Source: Lentisphaerae bacterium ADurb.Bin242
GTDB lineage: Bacteria; Verrucomicrobiota; Lentisphaeria; Victivallales; UBA1829
NCBI GenBank assembly: GCA_002069785.1
Contig: MWCA01000019.1
Coordinates: 736 to 64,735 of the forward strand
Length of the DNA: 64,000 nt
Reading direction: 5' to 3'
Translations under genes and position numbers: made by a program
Shown here: piece by piece, positions 1 through 9,325 of the stretch
Numbering within the stretch: position 1 is the stretch's first letter
Layout: each line of letters starts with the position of its first letter
Notes under the pieces: model-generated
Databases searched by the model: none
Told to the model about the DNA's origin: nothing
What the model saw: the letters and a program-made list of their open reading frames with translations, nothing else

Positions 1-609
1 CGCAAAGCCAGTCTGGAGGAGATGCGGCGTGCGACGTTCCAGCAGGCGGTGAATCATCCCGTGTGGTCGATGGGGCAGAAGATCTCGATCGATTCGGCCA
101 CGCTGATGAACAAGGCGCTGGAGATGGTCGAGGCTCATTTCCTGTTTCATTGTCCGGAGGAGAAGATCGCGGTGCTGATCCATCCGCAATCCGTGATTCA
201 CTCCATGGTGGAGTTCTCCGACGGTGTGCTGATGGCCCAGATGAGCGTGCCGGACATGCGGTTCCCAATCCAGTACGCGTTCACCTGGCCGGAGCGGTGT
301 CCGGGCAATCTCCGGCGGCTGGACCTGGCCGCTCTCGGACATCTGGACTTCGAGGAGCCGGACACCGTCCGTTTCCGTTCCCTGCTGCTGGCCCGGACCG
401 CGATCCGGCAGGGAGGAACCATGCCTTGTGTGATGAATGCCGCCAATGAAGCGGCGTTCGAGCGTTTCAAAAAAGGAGAGATCGCTTTCACGAGGATTCT
501 CGACGTGATTGAAAAAACGATGGAGCGTCATGAATCCGTGAAGAACGCCTCTTTCGATGACATTTTCGAGGCCGACCGGTGGGCGCGGAACCTCGCGGCA
601 ACGATCTGA
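1..609 (+). CDS. dxr: 1-deoxy-D-xylulose 5-phosphate reductoisomerase, C-terminal part (5' end outside window)
   Basis: Frame is open from base 1. HPVWSMGQKISIDSATLMNKALE..IHPQSVIHSMVEF..PDMRFPIQYAFTWPER matches the conserved Dxr C-terminal half residue by residue. Confidence 0.9.
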   Translation, partial: RKASLEEMRRATFQQAVNHPVWSMGQKISIDSATLMNKALEMVEAHFLFHCPEEKIAVLIHPQSVIHSMVEFSDGVLMAQMSVPDMRFPIQYAFTWPERCPGNLRRLDLAALGHLDFEEPDTVRFRSLLLARTAIRQGGTMPCVMNAANEAAFERFKKGEIAFTRILDVIEKTMERHESVKNASFDDIFEADRWARNLAATI

Positions 610-624
610 AAAAAGGAGTACGGG

Positions 625-2283
625 ATGCTTTATGACTTACTGCTGAAACTGGGCGCGGTCGCCTTCATGGTGATTTTCTTCGGCCTGTGCATTTTCATTC
701 ATGAACTGGGGCATTTTCTGGTGGCCAAGTGGCGCGGTCTGCACATCATTGCCTTTTCGATCGGCTTCCGCAAAATCTGGTGGAAGAAGATCAACGGGGT
801 CGAATACCGGATCGGGTGGGTTCCCGTCGGCGGATATGTGGACCTCCCGCAGATCGACGCCAGCGGCGACGCCCTGGACGAAAACGGTAACGTGCTTCCG
901 AAGGCCAAGCCGTTCGACCGCATGCTCGTGGCGTTTTCCGGTCCGCTTTTCAATATGCTTTTCGGTCTGCTGCTGGGCGTCGTCATCTGGATTCACGGCA
1001 TGCCGCAGGACACCCCCAGCCTTCAGGAGATCACGGTCGAATCCATTCAGGAGAACAGTCCCGAATACCGCGCCGGACTTCGCAACAACGATGTAATCAT
1101 CGAGCTCAACGGCGAAAAATTCAACACCACCTGGCACGGCTTCATCAACAAGATTCTGTTCACGATCGGGGATGTGAAACTGAAAGTCCGGCGCGGCGAC
1201 CAGCTCCTCGACATCGTTTACAAGCCCGCCGTGAACAAGGCGGTCAGCCCGGAGGAGGAGATCGCCTATCCCTTCTTCTTCCCGCGGATTCCGGTGCAGC
1301 TCTATCCCCGGCCCGATTCGCCCGCCGCCAAAGCGGGCGTCCAGAAAGGCGACCATCTGGTGAAAGTGAACGGAAAACCCATCTTCGGGCTCGACGAGCT
1401 GGAACAGATTCTCCTGTTTTCCGACGGCAAGCCTTTGAACTTGACGGTGATCCGCGACGGCCGGACTCTGGAGTTCAAAAATGTGGTCCCCGATCCGGTT
1501 AAATCCGTGTCCGGCGAGGACGGCATGTGGCTCCTCGGCTTTACCGACAACCCCGTGGCGCGGGTCATCAAGGGACTTCCCATGGACCGTGCCGGGCTGA
1601 AAAAAGGGGACCGGATCACGGAAGTGGACGGAAAAAAGATCGATTCGGTCGAGGAAGTCCAGGAACTGGTCCGCGCCCGGAACGGCCGGCCGGTGGCCGT
1701 CCGGTTTGAACGGAACGGCCGGCCGATGGAGGTGACGGTCACCCCGCGCTATGTCCGGCATACCACGCTCGGAGTCGACTTCGCCACCGTGCTGCATCCG
1801 AATCCGATTGAACAACTGGAAAAGGTGATGGTCCTCACGTGGAACTCCCTGCGCGGCATCGGCTACAGCATCGGCAACAGCCTCCGCATGACGGAGCAGC
1901 ACACCACCATCAAGCCCAGGCACATGAGCGGCCCCATCGGAATCGGGAAATACCTGTATCTTTCCGTCTACCGCGGTTCTCTCGTGCTTGGTTTGAACGT
2001 GGTGGTCATCATCACCTTCAATCTCGGGCTCATCAACCTGCTGCCGATCCCGATCCTCGACGGCGGACACATCCTTCTGGCGCTGCTGGAAATGATTTTC
2101 CGGCGTCCGGTCTCCAGGAGCATTCTCGAGCCGATCTCCATCGTTTTCGTCACCCTGCTGATCGGCTTCATGATTTTCGTTTCCTTCTACGATGTCAAGA
2201 AGCTGGTGACCCCGGCCTTGAAATCCTTGCAAACGGAGAAGAAATCCGATGCTGTTCCGGCGAAGACGCTCCAAACCGATTAA
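625..2283 (+). CDS. rseP: RIP site-2 metalloprotease, M50 family, with PDZ domains
   Basis: HELGHFLVAKWRG zinc motif in the first TM region, internal PDZ-like segments, C-terminal LNLLPIPILDGGH motif. Sits in the classic dxr-rseP-ispG context. Confidence 0.85.
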   Translation: MLYDLLLKLGAVAFMVIFFGLCIFIHELGHFLVAKWRGLHIIAFSIGFRKIWWKKINGVEYRIGWVPVGGYVDLPQIDASGDALDENGNVLPKAKPFDRMLVAFSGPLFNMLFGLLLGVVIWIHGMPQDTPSLQEITVESIQENSPEYRAGLRNNDVIIELNGEKFNTTWHGFINKILFTIGDVKLKVRRGDQLLDIVYKPAVNKAVSPEEEIAYPFFFPRIPVQLYPRPDSPAAKAGVQKGDHLVKVNGKPIFGLDELEQILLFSDGKPLNLTVIRDGRTLEFKNVVPDPVKSVSGEDGMWLLGFTDNPVARVIKGLPMDRAGLKKGDRITEVDGKKIDSVEEVQELVRARNGRPVAVRFERNGRPMEVTVTPRYVRHTTLGVDFATVLHPNPIEQLEKVMVLTWNSLRGIGYSIGNSLRMTEQHTTIKPRHMSGPIGIGKYLYLSVYRGSLVLGLNVVVIITFNLGLINLLPIPILDGGHILLALLEMIFRRPVSRSILEPISIVFVTLLIGFMIFVSFYDVKKLVTPALKSLQTEKKSDAVPAKTLQTD

Positions 2284-3355
2284 CATCGGTTCCGTGACCG
2301 TGGGGGGCGGCGCCCCGGTGTCGATTCAGTCCATGACCAACACCGATCCCCATGATGCGCCGGCCACTCTTGCGCAGATCGCGGAACTGGTCCGCGCCGG
2401 CTGCGAAATCGTGCGGGTGACGGTTCCCGACCGGGAGACGGTCGAGGTCCTTCCCGAAATCCTCCGCGGGTCTCCGATCCCGGTGATCGCGGACATCCAT
2501 TTCGACTACAAACTGGCTCTGGGCGCGATCCGCGCCGGGGTTCACGCCATCCGCCTCAATCCGGGAAACATCGGTTCCTCGGACCGTGTCCGCGCCGTGG
2601 CCGAGGCCGCGGGCGAGGCGGGCGTGCCGATCCGGGTGGGCGCGAATTCGGGCAGTCTGCCGAAAGGGCTTCTGGCCGCCAAAAGGAACGAAGGACTTTC
2701 GCACGGCGAGGCCATGGCCGCGGCGCTGGTCGAGGCCGCGCGGAAACAGGTCGAACTGCTGGAACGGTTTTCCTTCCATCGGATCAAAGTGTCGCTGAAA
2801 GCCAGTTCGGTTCCCGTGACCGTGGCCGCTTACCGTGCCTTCGCGGAATGTTCGGACTATCCCCTCCATCTGGGCGTGACGGAGGCCGGGACTGCCTTCC
2901 GGGGCGCCATCAAGTCGGCCGTCGGGATCGGCTCCCTGCTGCTGGACGGCATCGGCGACACGATCCGCGTCAGCCTGAGCGCCCCTCCCGCGGAGGAAAT
3001 CCGCGCCGCGAAAGCCATTCTGGAGGCCGCCGGGCTCCGCGAAGCCGCGCCGGAAATCGTCTCGTGTCCGACGTGCGGGCGCACCTCCTACGACCTGATT
3101 TCCATGGTTTCGCGAGTCGAGGAAATTGTCGCGTCGGTGAAACGTTCCGGCAAAACCGTCTCCCTGCGCAAGATCGCCGTGATGGGCTGCGCCGTCAACG
3201 GTCCCGGCGAGGCGGCGGACGCCGATCTCGGGATCGCGGGCGGAAACCGCAAGGGCGAACTCCTGCTCTTCAAAAAAGGGAAGACCGTTACGCTTCTTCC
3301 CGAAAACGAGGCGCTGTCCGCGCTGGAAAAGGAAATCCTCCTCCGTTCCCGCTGA
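2249..3355 (+). CDS. ispG: 4-hydroxy-3-methylbut-2-en-1-yl diphosphate synthase
   Basis: RRRSKPINIGSVTVGGGAPVSIQSMTNTD N-terminus and CPTCGR..GCAVNGPGE Fe-S cluster motifs. Overlaps the rseP 3' end by 35 nt. Confidence 0.9.
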   Translation: MLFRRRRSKPINIGSVTVGGGAPVSIQSMTNTDPHDAPATLAQIAELVRAGCEIVRVTVPDRETVEVLPEILRGSPIPVIADIHFDYKLALGAIRAGVHAIRLNPGNIGSSDRVRAVAEAAGEAGVPIRVGANSGSLPKGLLAAKRNEGLSHGEAMAAALVEAARKQVELLERFSFHRIKVSLKASSVPVTVAAYRAFAECSDYPLHLGVTEAGTAFRGAIKSAVGIGSLLLDGIGDTIRVSLSAPPAEEIRAAKAILEAAGLREAAPEIVSCPTCGRTSYDLISMVSRVEEIVASVKRSGKTVSLRKIAVMGCAVNGPGEAADADLGIAGGNRKGELLLFKKGKTVTLLPENEALSALEKEILLRSR

Positions 3356-3356
3356 A

Positions 3357-4271
3357 TCACTTCGGAAAGGCGGAAAGGAAAAGGATGGCGCACACGCCCA
3401 GCACGACGGCCAGCGCGGTGCGGGAAGTCAGCTTCTCCTTCAGGAAAATCATGCTCAGGGCGAACGTCCCGAGGAAACTCATCTGGGCGATGGAAAGGGT
3501 CACGCTTGCCGCGCCCGCGTTGAGCATCAGCGCCATGAAGAAGACGATTCCGCAAAGGAGGGCGCCCGAAAGCATCCCGTATCCGACCGTCTTTTTCGAA
3601 AACCGGATTTTCTTTTCCCGCAGGACCGCGTAAACGAGTCCGCCGACGATCCAGCAGACGCCGTTCAGCAGCGGAACCCCGTTGGGATCGGCCCCGTGCA
3701 GAAAGCCGTATTTGTAGGTCAGCCCCATTCCGGCCCGCAGGATGCACGCCGCCAGGACAAGGTAAATTCCGAGCATGGCCCTGGAGTTTTCGTCGACCCG
3801 GAATTTCGTTCCCCGGGGCATGAACGCGAGAATGGCTCCGATCGCGCAGAGAATCCCGAGAACCTGAAAAAAGGTGACCGTCTCCCCCAGCCAGAGGATC
3901 GCGGCGATCACCACGATCACCAGATTCAGACGGAAGATCGTGGCGCAGACGCCCGCGCTCTGAAAGCCCATCGCCTCGATCAGAAGCAGGTTGGAAATCA
4001 CGGAAAACAGGCCGGACACGATTCCCCAGGTCAGGGTGGGCGCCAGGCTGTTTTCCCAGTCCACCGGACGGAGTCCCAGCAGGAACACCCAGAGAACGCC
4101 GCACAGGAAAACGAATATGCCGCGGGAACGGTCTTTCCTGGCATACAGTTTGAACACGAAATCGTTCAATGCGGAAAAACAGAGACACCCCAGCGCATAA
4201 ATTACGGCCATTTTCAGACAAATCCCATTGTTTTTTTCCGGCAGCTCATATAGATTACGTAATATACTCAT
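3357..4271 (-). CDS. EamA/DMT-family transporter (polytopic membrane protein)
   Basis: About 10 hydrophobic helices with EamA-like segments (LLIEAMGFQSAGVCATIF..LWLGETVT). The track ORF extends to 4481 but would then overlap the divergent gene at 4302, so the ATG at 4271 is chosen (4211 is an alternative). Confidence 0.6.
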   Translation of the reverse strand: MSILRNLYELPEKNNGICLKMAVIYALGCLCFSALNDFVFKLYARKDRSRGIFVFLCGVLWVFLLGLRPVDWENSLAPTLTWGIVSGLFSVISNLLLIEAMGFQSAGVCATIFRLNLVIVVIAAILWLGETVTFFQVLGILCAIGAILAFMPRGTKFRVDENSRAMLGIYLVLAACILRAGMGLTYKYGFLHGADPNGVPLLNGVCWIVGGLVYAVLREKKIRFSKKTVGYGMLSGALLCGIVFFMALMLNAGAASVTLSIAQMSFLGTFALSMIFLKEKLTSRTALAVVLGVCAILFLSAFPK

Positions 4272-4301
4272 GAAAGCCGAACAATTCAACAGGAAAAAAA
4301 C

Positions 4302-5192
4302 ATGAACTGCTATGGACGGAAATTGAAGTCTTTCAGGGCAAATCTCCACACTCATTCGACCACTTCGGACGGTTCTTTTCCGCCGGAAGAGGTCATCCGC
4401 CGCTACGCCGGAGCCGCTTACGATGTGCTGGCGTTCACGGATCACTGGAAGACCAATCCCGTATCCTCCTATGATCCGCACGGCATGACGCTTCTTTCAG
4501 GCGTGGAACTCCATCCGCCGGGACCGCGCGGAATCCGCTGGCATATTCTCGGAGTCGGTCTTCCGGAGGATTTCGCGTATCCGGAACTCCAAAGCGGACA
4601 GGCGGCGGTCGACGCCGTGAACGCCGCCGGAGGAATCGCCTTCTGCGCCCATCCCTACTGGTGCGGCTTCACCTCCGCCGATGTGATGTCCCTGAAAAAC
4701 ATTCTCGGGATCGAGGTCTACAACACCTCCACCCGCTACATCGGCAAGGAATACAACATGCAATGCTGGGACGAACTTCTCAACGCGGGGAAAAAATATA
4801 CGGCGCTGGCGGTCGACGACGTCCATTCCGAACGCGACCTTTTCCGGGGATTCACCGTGATCCTCGCTGAAAACAAAAAGCCGGAAACCCTTCTCCGGGC
4901 GCTCCGGAACGGCGATTTCTATGCTTCGCAGGGGCCGCTTTTCAAAAAGATTGCCTTTGCAAACGGTATTCTGGAGGCGGAGTTCACCCCCGTGACCAGT
5001 GCGATCGTGGTGTCCAACGGACCCTCCGGCTACTGTGAAACGGTGGCCAACTTCGGAGGAGAGAGCTACGGCGAACCGGAGAAAACGAGTCTGCGCCGGG
5101 ATTTCTCCGACAAGAAATCCGGGTATCTCCGGATTCAGTTGAAGGATGTGTCCGGAAAGATGGCCTGGAGCAATCCGATCTGGCTCGGCTGA
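4302..5192 (+). CDS. PHP-domain (CehA/McbA-like) metallohydrolase
   Basis: LHTHSTTSDGS..LAFTDHW N-terminal PHP histidine motifs. Normal amino-acid composition compared with the antisense ORF. Confidence 0.6.
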   Translation: MNCYGRKLKSFRANLHTHSTTSDGSFPPEEVIRRYAGAAYDVLAFTDHWKTNPVSSYDPHGMTLLSGVELHPPGPRGIRWHILGVGLPEDFAYPELQSGQAAVDAVNAAGGIAFCAHPYWCGFTSADVMSLKNILGIEVYNTSTRYIGKEYNMQCWDELLNAGKKYTALAVDDVHSERDLFRGFTVILAENKKPETLLRALRNGDFYASQGPLFKKIAFANGILEAEFTPVTSAIVVSNGPSGYCETVANFGGESYGEPEKTSLRRDFSDKKSGYLRIQLKDVSGKMAWSNPIWLG

Positions 5193-5218
5193 CGGTTTCC
5201 CCGGAAAATCCCCGTTTT

Positions 5219-7456
5219 TCACAGGAACGAGATTGCATCCATGTCGGCGTGGATTTCCACTTCGGCCCGTTTTCTCGCATAGATCGCCTGCTTGACCGCC
5301 CGCCGGAGCCCTGCCAGTTTGTCTCCCATGAAAAGCGCGGTAAACCGGTATTTCCCGGCGATGCGTTCGACGGTCGCCGGGGCGGGTTCCGCGACCTTGG
5401 TTCCCGGCGCGATCGCACCCCGGATTCTGTCCATCAGCGCATGGGCTTCCAGCAGGACTTTTTCCGCATCCTTTCCTTTGAAATGAACCAGCATCAGGTG
5501 TCCGAAGGGCGGATAGCCCAATTCCCGGCGCAGGGCGATTTCCTCTTCGAAAAAGCCCTCGTAATCGTGCGCGGCGGCATACTGGATCGAGGGATTGAAC
5601 GGGGCGCAGGTCTGAATCAGCACCTCGCCGTGAATGCCGCCCCGTCCGGCGCGTCCGGCCACCTGGGTCAGGAGCTGGAACGAGTGTTCCTGCGAACGGA
5701 AATCGCCGGGGATGTACAGCCCCAGGTCGGCGTTGATGACGCCCACGAACGTGACGTTCGGGAAGTCCAGCCCCTTGGCGATCATCTGGGTCCCGATGAG
5801 GATGTCGATCTCCCCTTTGCGGAAGGAGGAAAGCACTTTTTCATACAGGCTCGGCCGGGTCATGGTGTCTGAATCCATCCGGGCGATCCGGGCGCCCTTG
5901 AAGACCTCCGTGAAAACAGCCTCGACCCGCTCCGTTCCGGTCCCCTGATAACGGATTTCCGGGGAGCCGCAGACGGGGCAGACTTCCGGAGCGGGCATGG
6001 TAGCGGCGCAGAAATGACAGCTCAGCGTCTGGTTCCGCCGGTGGTAGGTGAGGGCAACGGAACATTCCGGGCACATGGCGATGTAGCCGCAGGCCGGACA
6101 GCTCAGCTGGCGGGCGAATCCGCGGCGGTTCAGGAAGAGGATGCTCTGCTCCCCCTTGCGGATGCGTTCGCGGACGGATTGGACGAGCGCCTTCGAGAAA
6201 AAGGGAATACGCCCTGTGTCGTCGGCTTCGAGACGCATGTCCACGACGGTGACGTCGGGCATCAGGATCGAGGGATCGTGCCGTTGGGTGAGTTTCGCCA
6301 GCGCGTATTTTCCGGTTTTCGCGTTGTGGAAGGATTCCACGGACGGCGTGGCGGAGCCCAGGATCACCAGCGCGTTCTCGAGTTTGCCCCGGAACACCGC
6401 CACATCCCGCGCGTTGTAGCGGGGCGCTTCGGACTGTTTGTAGGACGAGTCGTGTTCCTCGTCCACGATGATAAGCGCCAGGTTCCGGAAGGGGGCGAAC
6501 AGGGCGGAGCGGGCGCCCACCGCGATCTTGACGCGGCCGGAATAGACTTTCATCCATTCGTCGTGGCGTTCGCCGTCGCTGAGCCCGCTGTGGAGCACGC
6601 TGACCCGGTCCCCGAACCGGGCGCGGAAACGTTCCACCGTCTGGGGCGTGAGCGAGATTTCCGGGACCAGCACGATGGCCTCGCGTCCTTTCTCCAGAGC
6701 CTCGGCAATGGACTGTAGATACACCTCCGTCTTGCCGCTTCCGGTCACCCCGTGCAGAAGCACCACGTGATTTTCGCCGTCTTTGCGGTGGTGGAGCTTG
6801 TCCGAGATCAGTTTCAGGGCGGCGGCCTGTTCCTCCGTGGGTTCCTTGGCCTCGGTGCGGAGAATCTCCACCCCCGCGAACGGATCGCGTTCCACGCCGC
6901 GCTGTTCCGTGAAGACCAGCTTGTCCGCGACCAGCCGGCGCAGAATGCCGGCGGAGACGCCGGTCTCCCGCAGAAGCTGCTCGGAGTCCGCTCCGCCGGT
7001 ATGAAGCAGAAGCGCCTTGAGGAGGGCGCATTTCGATTTCGCCCGCGGATTTTGGATGATATAGTCCGTGACGCTGTCGCGGTCCGCCGGGAAATACCAG
7101 GTCTTGGTTTTCTGCTTGACCTTGCCGTTCCGGACGGCTCCCGGAAGGAGGTTCCGCACGGCGGTCTCCCGCGCGCAGCAGTAATAATCGGCCATCCACT
7201 CCCCGAGCCGGATCAGGGCGTCCGGAAGCGCCGGGTGTCCGGAACATGCGGAAAGGATATATTTCAGGTTCGGGTAGGGGGAGCTTTCCGCGAAAGCCAC
7301 GATGTAGGCCGGACGCTCCTTCCCTTTGCCGAACGGGACGATTACGCACATGCCGACCCTCAGACTGGATGCGAGTTCCGGCGGAACGGCGTAGTCGAAA
7401 CTTTTGTCGAGGGACAGGTCGAGCAGGACCCTTGCGATTTTCGGAAAACTCTTCAT
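5219..7456 (-). CDS. priA: primosomal protein N' (replication restart helicase)
   Basis: Walker A LLHGVTGSGKTEVY, DEEHD box, Cys-rich zinc-binding insert CPACG..CPEC..CHFC..CPVCG. ATG at 7456 (MKSFPKIARV) chosen over the longer ORF start at 7570. Confidence 0.9.
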   Translation of the reverse strand: MKSFPKIARVLLDLSLDKSFDYAVPPELASSLRVGMCVIVPFGKGKERPAYIVAFAESSPYPNLKYILSACSGHPALPDALIRLGEWMADYYCCARETAVRNLLPGAVRNGKVKQKTKTWYFPADRDSVTDYIIQNPRAKSKCALLKALLLHTGGADSEQLLRETGVSAGILRRLVADKLVFTEQRGVERDPFAGVEILRTEAKEPTEEQAAALKLISDKLHHRKDGENHVVLLHGVTGSGKTEVYLQSIAEALEKGREAIVLVPEISLTPQTVERFRARFGDRVSVLHSGLSDGERHDEWMKVYSGRVKIAVGARSALFAPFRNLALIIVDEEHDSSYKQSEAPRYNARDVAVFRGKLENALVILGSATPSVESFHNAKTGKYALAKLTQRHDPSILMPDVTVVDMRLEADDTGRIPFFSKALVQSVRERIRKGEQSILFLNRRGFARQLSCPACGYIAMCPECSVALTYHRRNQTLSCHFCAATMPAPEVCPVCGSPEIRYQGTGTERVEAVFTEVFKGARIARMDSDTMTRPSLYEKVLSSFRKGEIDILIGTQMIAKGLDFPNVTFVGVINADLGLYIPGDFRSQEHSFQLLTQVAGRAGRGGIHGEVLIQTCAPFNPSIQYAAAHDYEGFFEEEIALRRELGYPPFGHLMLVHFKGKDAEKVLLEAHALMDRIRGAIAPGTKVAEPAPATVERIAGKYRFTALFMGDKLAGLRRAVKQAIYARKRAEVEIHADMDAISFL

Positions 7457-7586
7457 GTGGGTCTGTTTTTTCAAAAATTCCGGGAAAAGAAGCTTTTCCC
7501 GTTTGGTTATTGTTCTTTCAAAGGGTATAATATAAAGCCTGTGCGGACAAATGAAAGTCCGGAGAGGCAAAGGATGGGAGTTTTCT

Positions 7587-8375
7587 ATGGATTTTGCATG
7601 TGCGATACGGAAAAATGAAACTTTGAAGAGCGGTTATTTCCGTGTGGTTTTCGATGCGCCCGGAATCGCGGCGAAAGCCCGGGGCGGACAGTTCGTCCAC
7701 ATCCGGATTCCCGCGATGCGCGACCGCATTCTGCGCCGTCCTTTCAGCATCGGCGACGCCGATTCCGCTTCGGGCGCCCTGACCGTGGTCTACAAAGTGG
7801 TCGGCTGCGGCACGGAGGAACTCAGCGTCCTGCGGCCCGGCGATGTCTGCAGCATCATGGGACCGCTCGGAAACGCCTACACCCCGCCCGGTGTGGACAC
7901 TTTCCCGATCCTTGTCGCGGGCGGCTACGGCTCCGCCGCGCTCTATCTGGTGGCGAAGAATTCCCCGAAAAAGGGCCTCCTCCTGATGGGCGCGCGTTCC
8001 CGCGAAGACCTCATTCTGGCGGACGCCTTCGAACAGCTCGGTTTCGAGGTCCGGATCTCCACCGACGACGGCTCCGCCGGACACAGGGGATTCGTCACGG
8101 AACTCCTGAAAGATGCGGTGTCCGGGCATTCCCCGGAAAAATGTATGGTCTACGGCTGCGGCCCGACTCCGATGCTGCTGGCGCTGGGAAAACAGACGCT
8201 CGAGCTGGGCGTGGAAGCCGAACTCAGCCTGGACCAGCACATGTGCTGCGGCGTGGGCGCGTGCTTCGCCTGCGTCGTGAAAATCAAAGACCCCTCTTCC
8301 CCGGACGGCTGGCGCTACTCCCGCAGCTGCAAGGAAGGGCCCGTCTACAACGCCCGGGAGGTGTATTATGGCTGA
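7587..8375 (+). CDS. pyrK: dihydroorotate dehydrogenase B, electron-transfer subunit
   Basis: FAD/NAD-binding fold motifs (RRPFSI, GGYGSAA) and C-terminal 2Fe-2S motif CGVGACFACV. GGGAG Shine-Dalgarno 6 nt before the ATG at 7587. Overlaps pyrD by 8 nt. Confidence 0.85.
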   Translation: MDFACAIRKNETLKSGYFRVVFDAPGIAAKARGGQFVHIRIPAMRDRILRRPFSIGDADSASGALTVVYKVVGCGTEELSVLRPGDVCSIMGPLGNAYTPPGVDTFPILVAGGYGSAALYLVAKNSPKKGLLLMGARSREDLILADAFEQLGFEVRISTDDGSAGHRGFVTELLKDAVSGHSPEKCMVYGCGPTPMLLALGKQTLELGVEAELSLDQHMCCGVGACFACVVKIKDPSSPDGWRYSRSCKEGPVYNAREVYYG

Positions 8376-9294
8376 TCTTCGGATCGATCTGGGCAAGCTT
8401 TCACTGAAAAATCCGGTGATGACCGCCTCCGGCACGTTCGGATACGGCGCCGAATACGAAGAATTCTTTCCGCTGGAAAAACTGGGCGCGGTGGTGGTCA
8501 AAGGCGTTGCCCCGTGGCCTTCGCACGGCAACCCGACTCCGCGCGTGGCCGAGGTCACATCCGGCATGCTCAACGCGATCGGCCTTCAGGGGCCGGGCGT
8601 GGACAATTTCCTTCACGATGAACATTATCTGCCGTATCTCCGCAAAAGCCGCGCCGTGATCATCGTCAACATCTGGGGCAGAAAAGTCGAGGATTACTGC
8701 GAGGTGGCGCGCCGCCTGGATGCCGATTCCGAGGGCATCGCCGCGCTGGAAATCAACGTCTCCTGTCCGAACATCAAGGAAGGCGGCATCGCTTTCGGCA
8801 CGGACCCCGTGATGCTGGAGAAAGTGGTGTCCGCGGTCCGCGGCGTCACGGCTCTTCCGCTGATCACCAAGCTCAGCCCGAACGTGACGAAAGTGGCCGA
8901 TTTCGCCCGGGCCGCCGAAGCCGCCGGAAGCGACATGGTTTCCCTCATCAACACGATTCCCGGCATGGCCATCGACATCGAAACGTTCCGTCCGAAGATC
9001 GCCAATGTGACCGGCGGGCTCTCGGGCCCGGCCATCAAGCCGGTTGCCGTACGGATGGTCTACGAGGTCTCGAAGGCGGTGAAAGTCCCGGTGATCGGCA
9101 TGGGCGGAATCACGACCGGCGAAGACGCCGTCGAATTCTTCCTGGCGGGCGCGAGCGCGGTCGCGGTGGGGACGGCGATCTTTTCCGATCCCATGGCTCC
9201 GATAAAGGTGATCGAAGGCCTGAACGCCTATCTCGACCGCAAGGGTTTCCGTTCGATCCGCGACATCATCGGCGCAATTGACCTTGGAAAGTAA
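8368..9294 (+). CDS. pyrD: dihydroorotate dehydrogenase B, catalytic subunit
   Basis: LKNPVMTASGTFGYG, EINVSCPN and GGITTGEDAVEF motifs typical of class 1B PyrD. Confidence 0.9.
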   Translation: MADLRIDLGKLSLKNPVMTASGTFGYGAEYEEFFPLEKLGAVVVKGVAPWPSHGNPTPRVAEVTSGMLNAIGLQGPGVDNFLHDEHYLPYLRKSRAVIIVNIWGRKVEDYCEVARRLDADSEGIAALEINVSCPNIKEGGIAFGTDPVMLEKVVSAVRGVTALPLITKLSPNVTKVADFARAAEAAGSDMVSLINTIPGMAIDIETFRPKIANVTGGLSGPAIKPVAVRMVYEVSKAVKVPVIGMGGITTGEDAVEFFLAGASAVAVGTAIFSDPMAPIKVIEGLNAYLDRKGFRSIRDIIGAIDLGK

Positions 9295-9295
9295 G

Positions 9296-9325
9296 CAGGC
9301 GGGCTTCGGCCATTTGGCCTGTTTT
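9296..9325. terminator. possible bidirectional terminator hairpin in the 30-nt gap between convergent genes
   Basis: CAGGC (9296-9300) pairs with GCCTG (9317-9321), followed by TTTT. The stem is short. Confidence 0.3.

Noticed and set aside
637-2286. 549-aa minus-strand ORF
   Set aside because: It is antisense to rseP (HELGH motif, PDZ domains). Shadow ORF.
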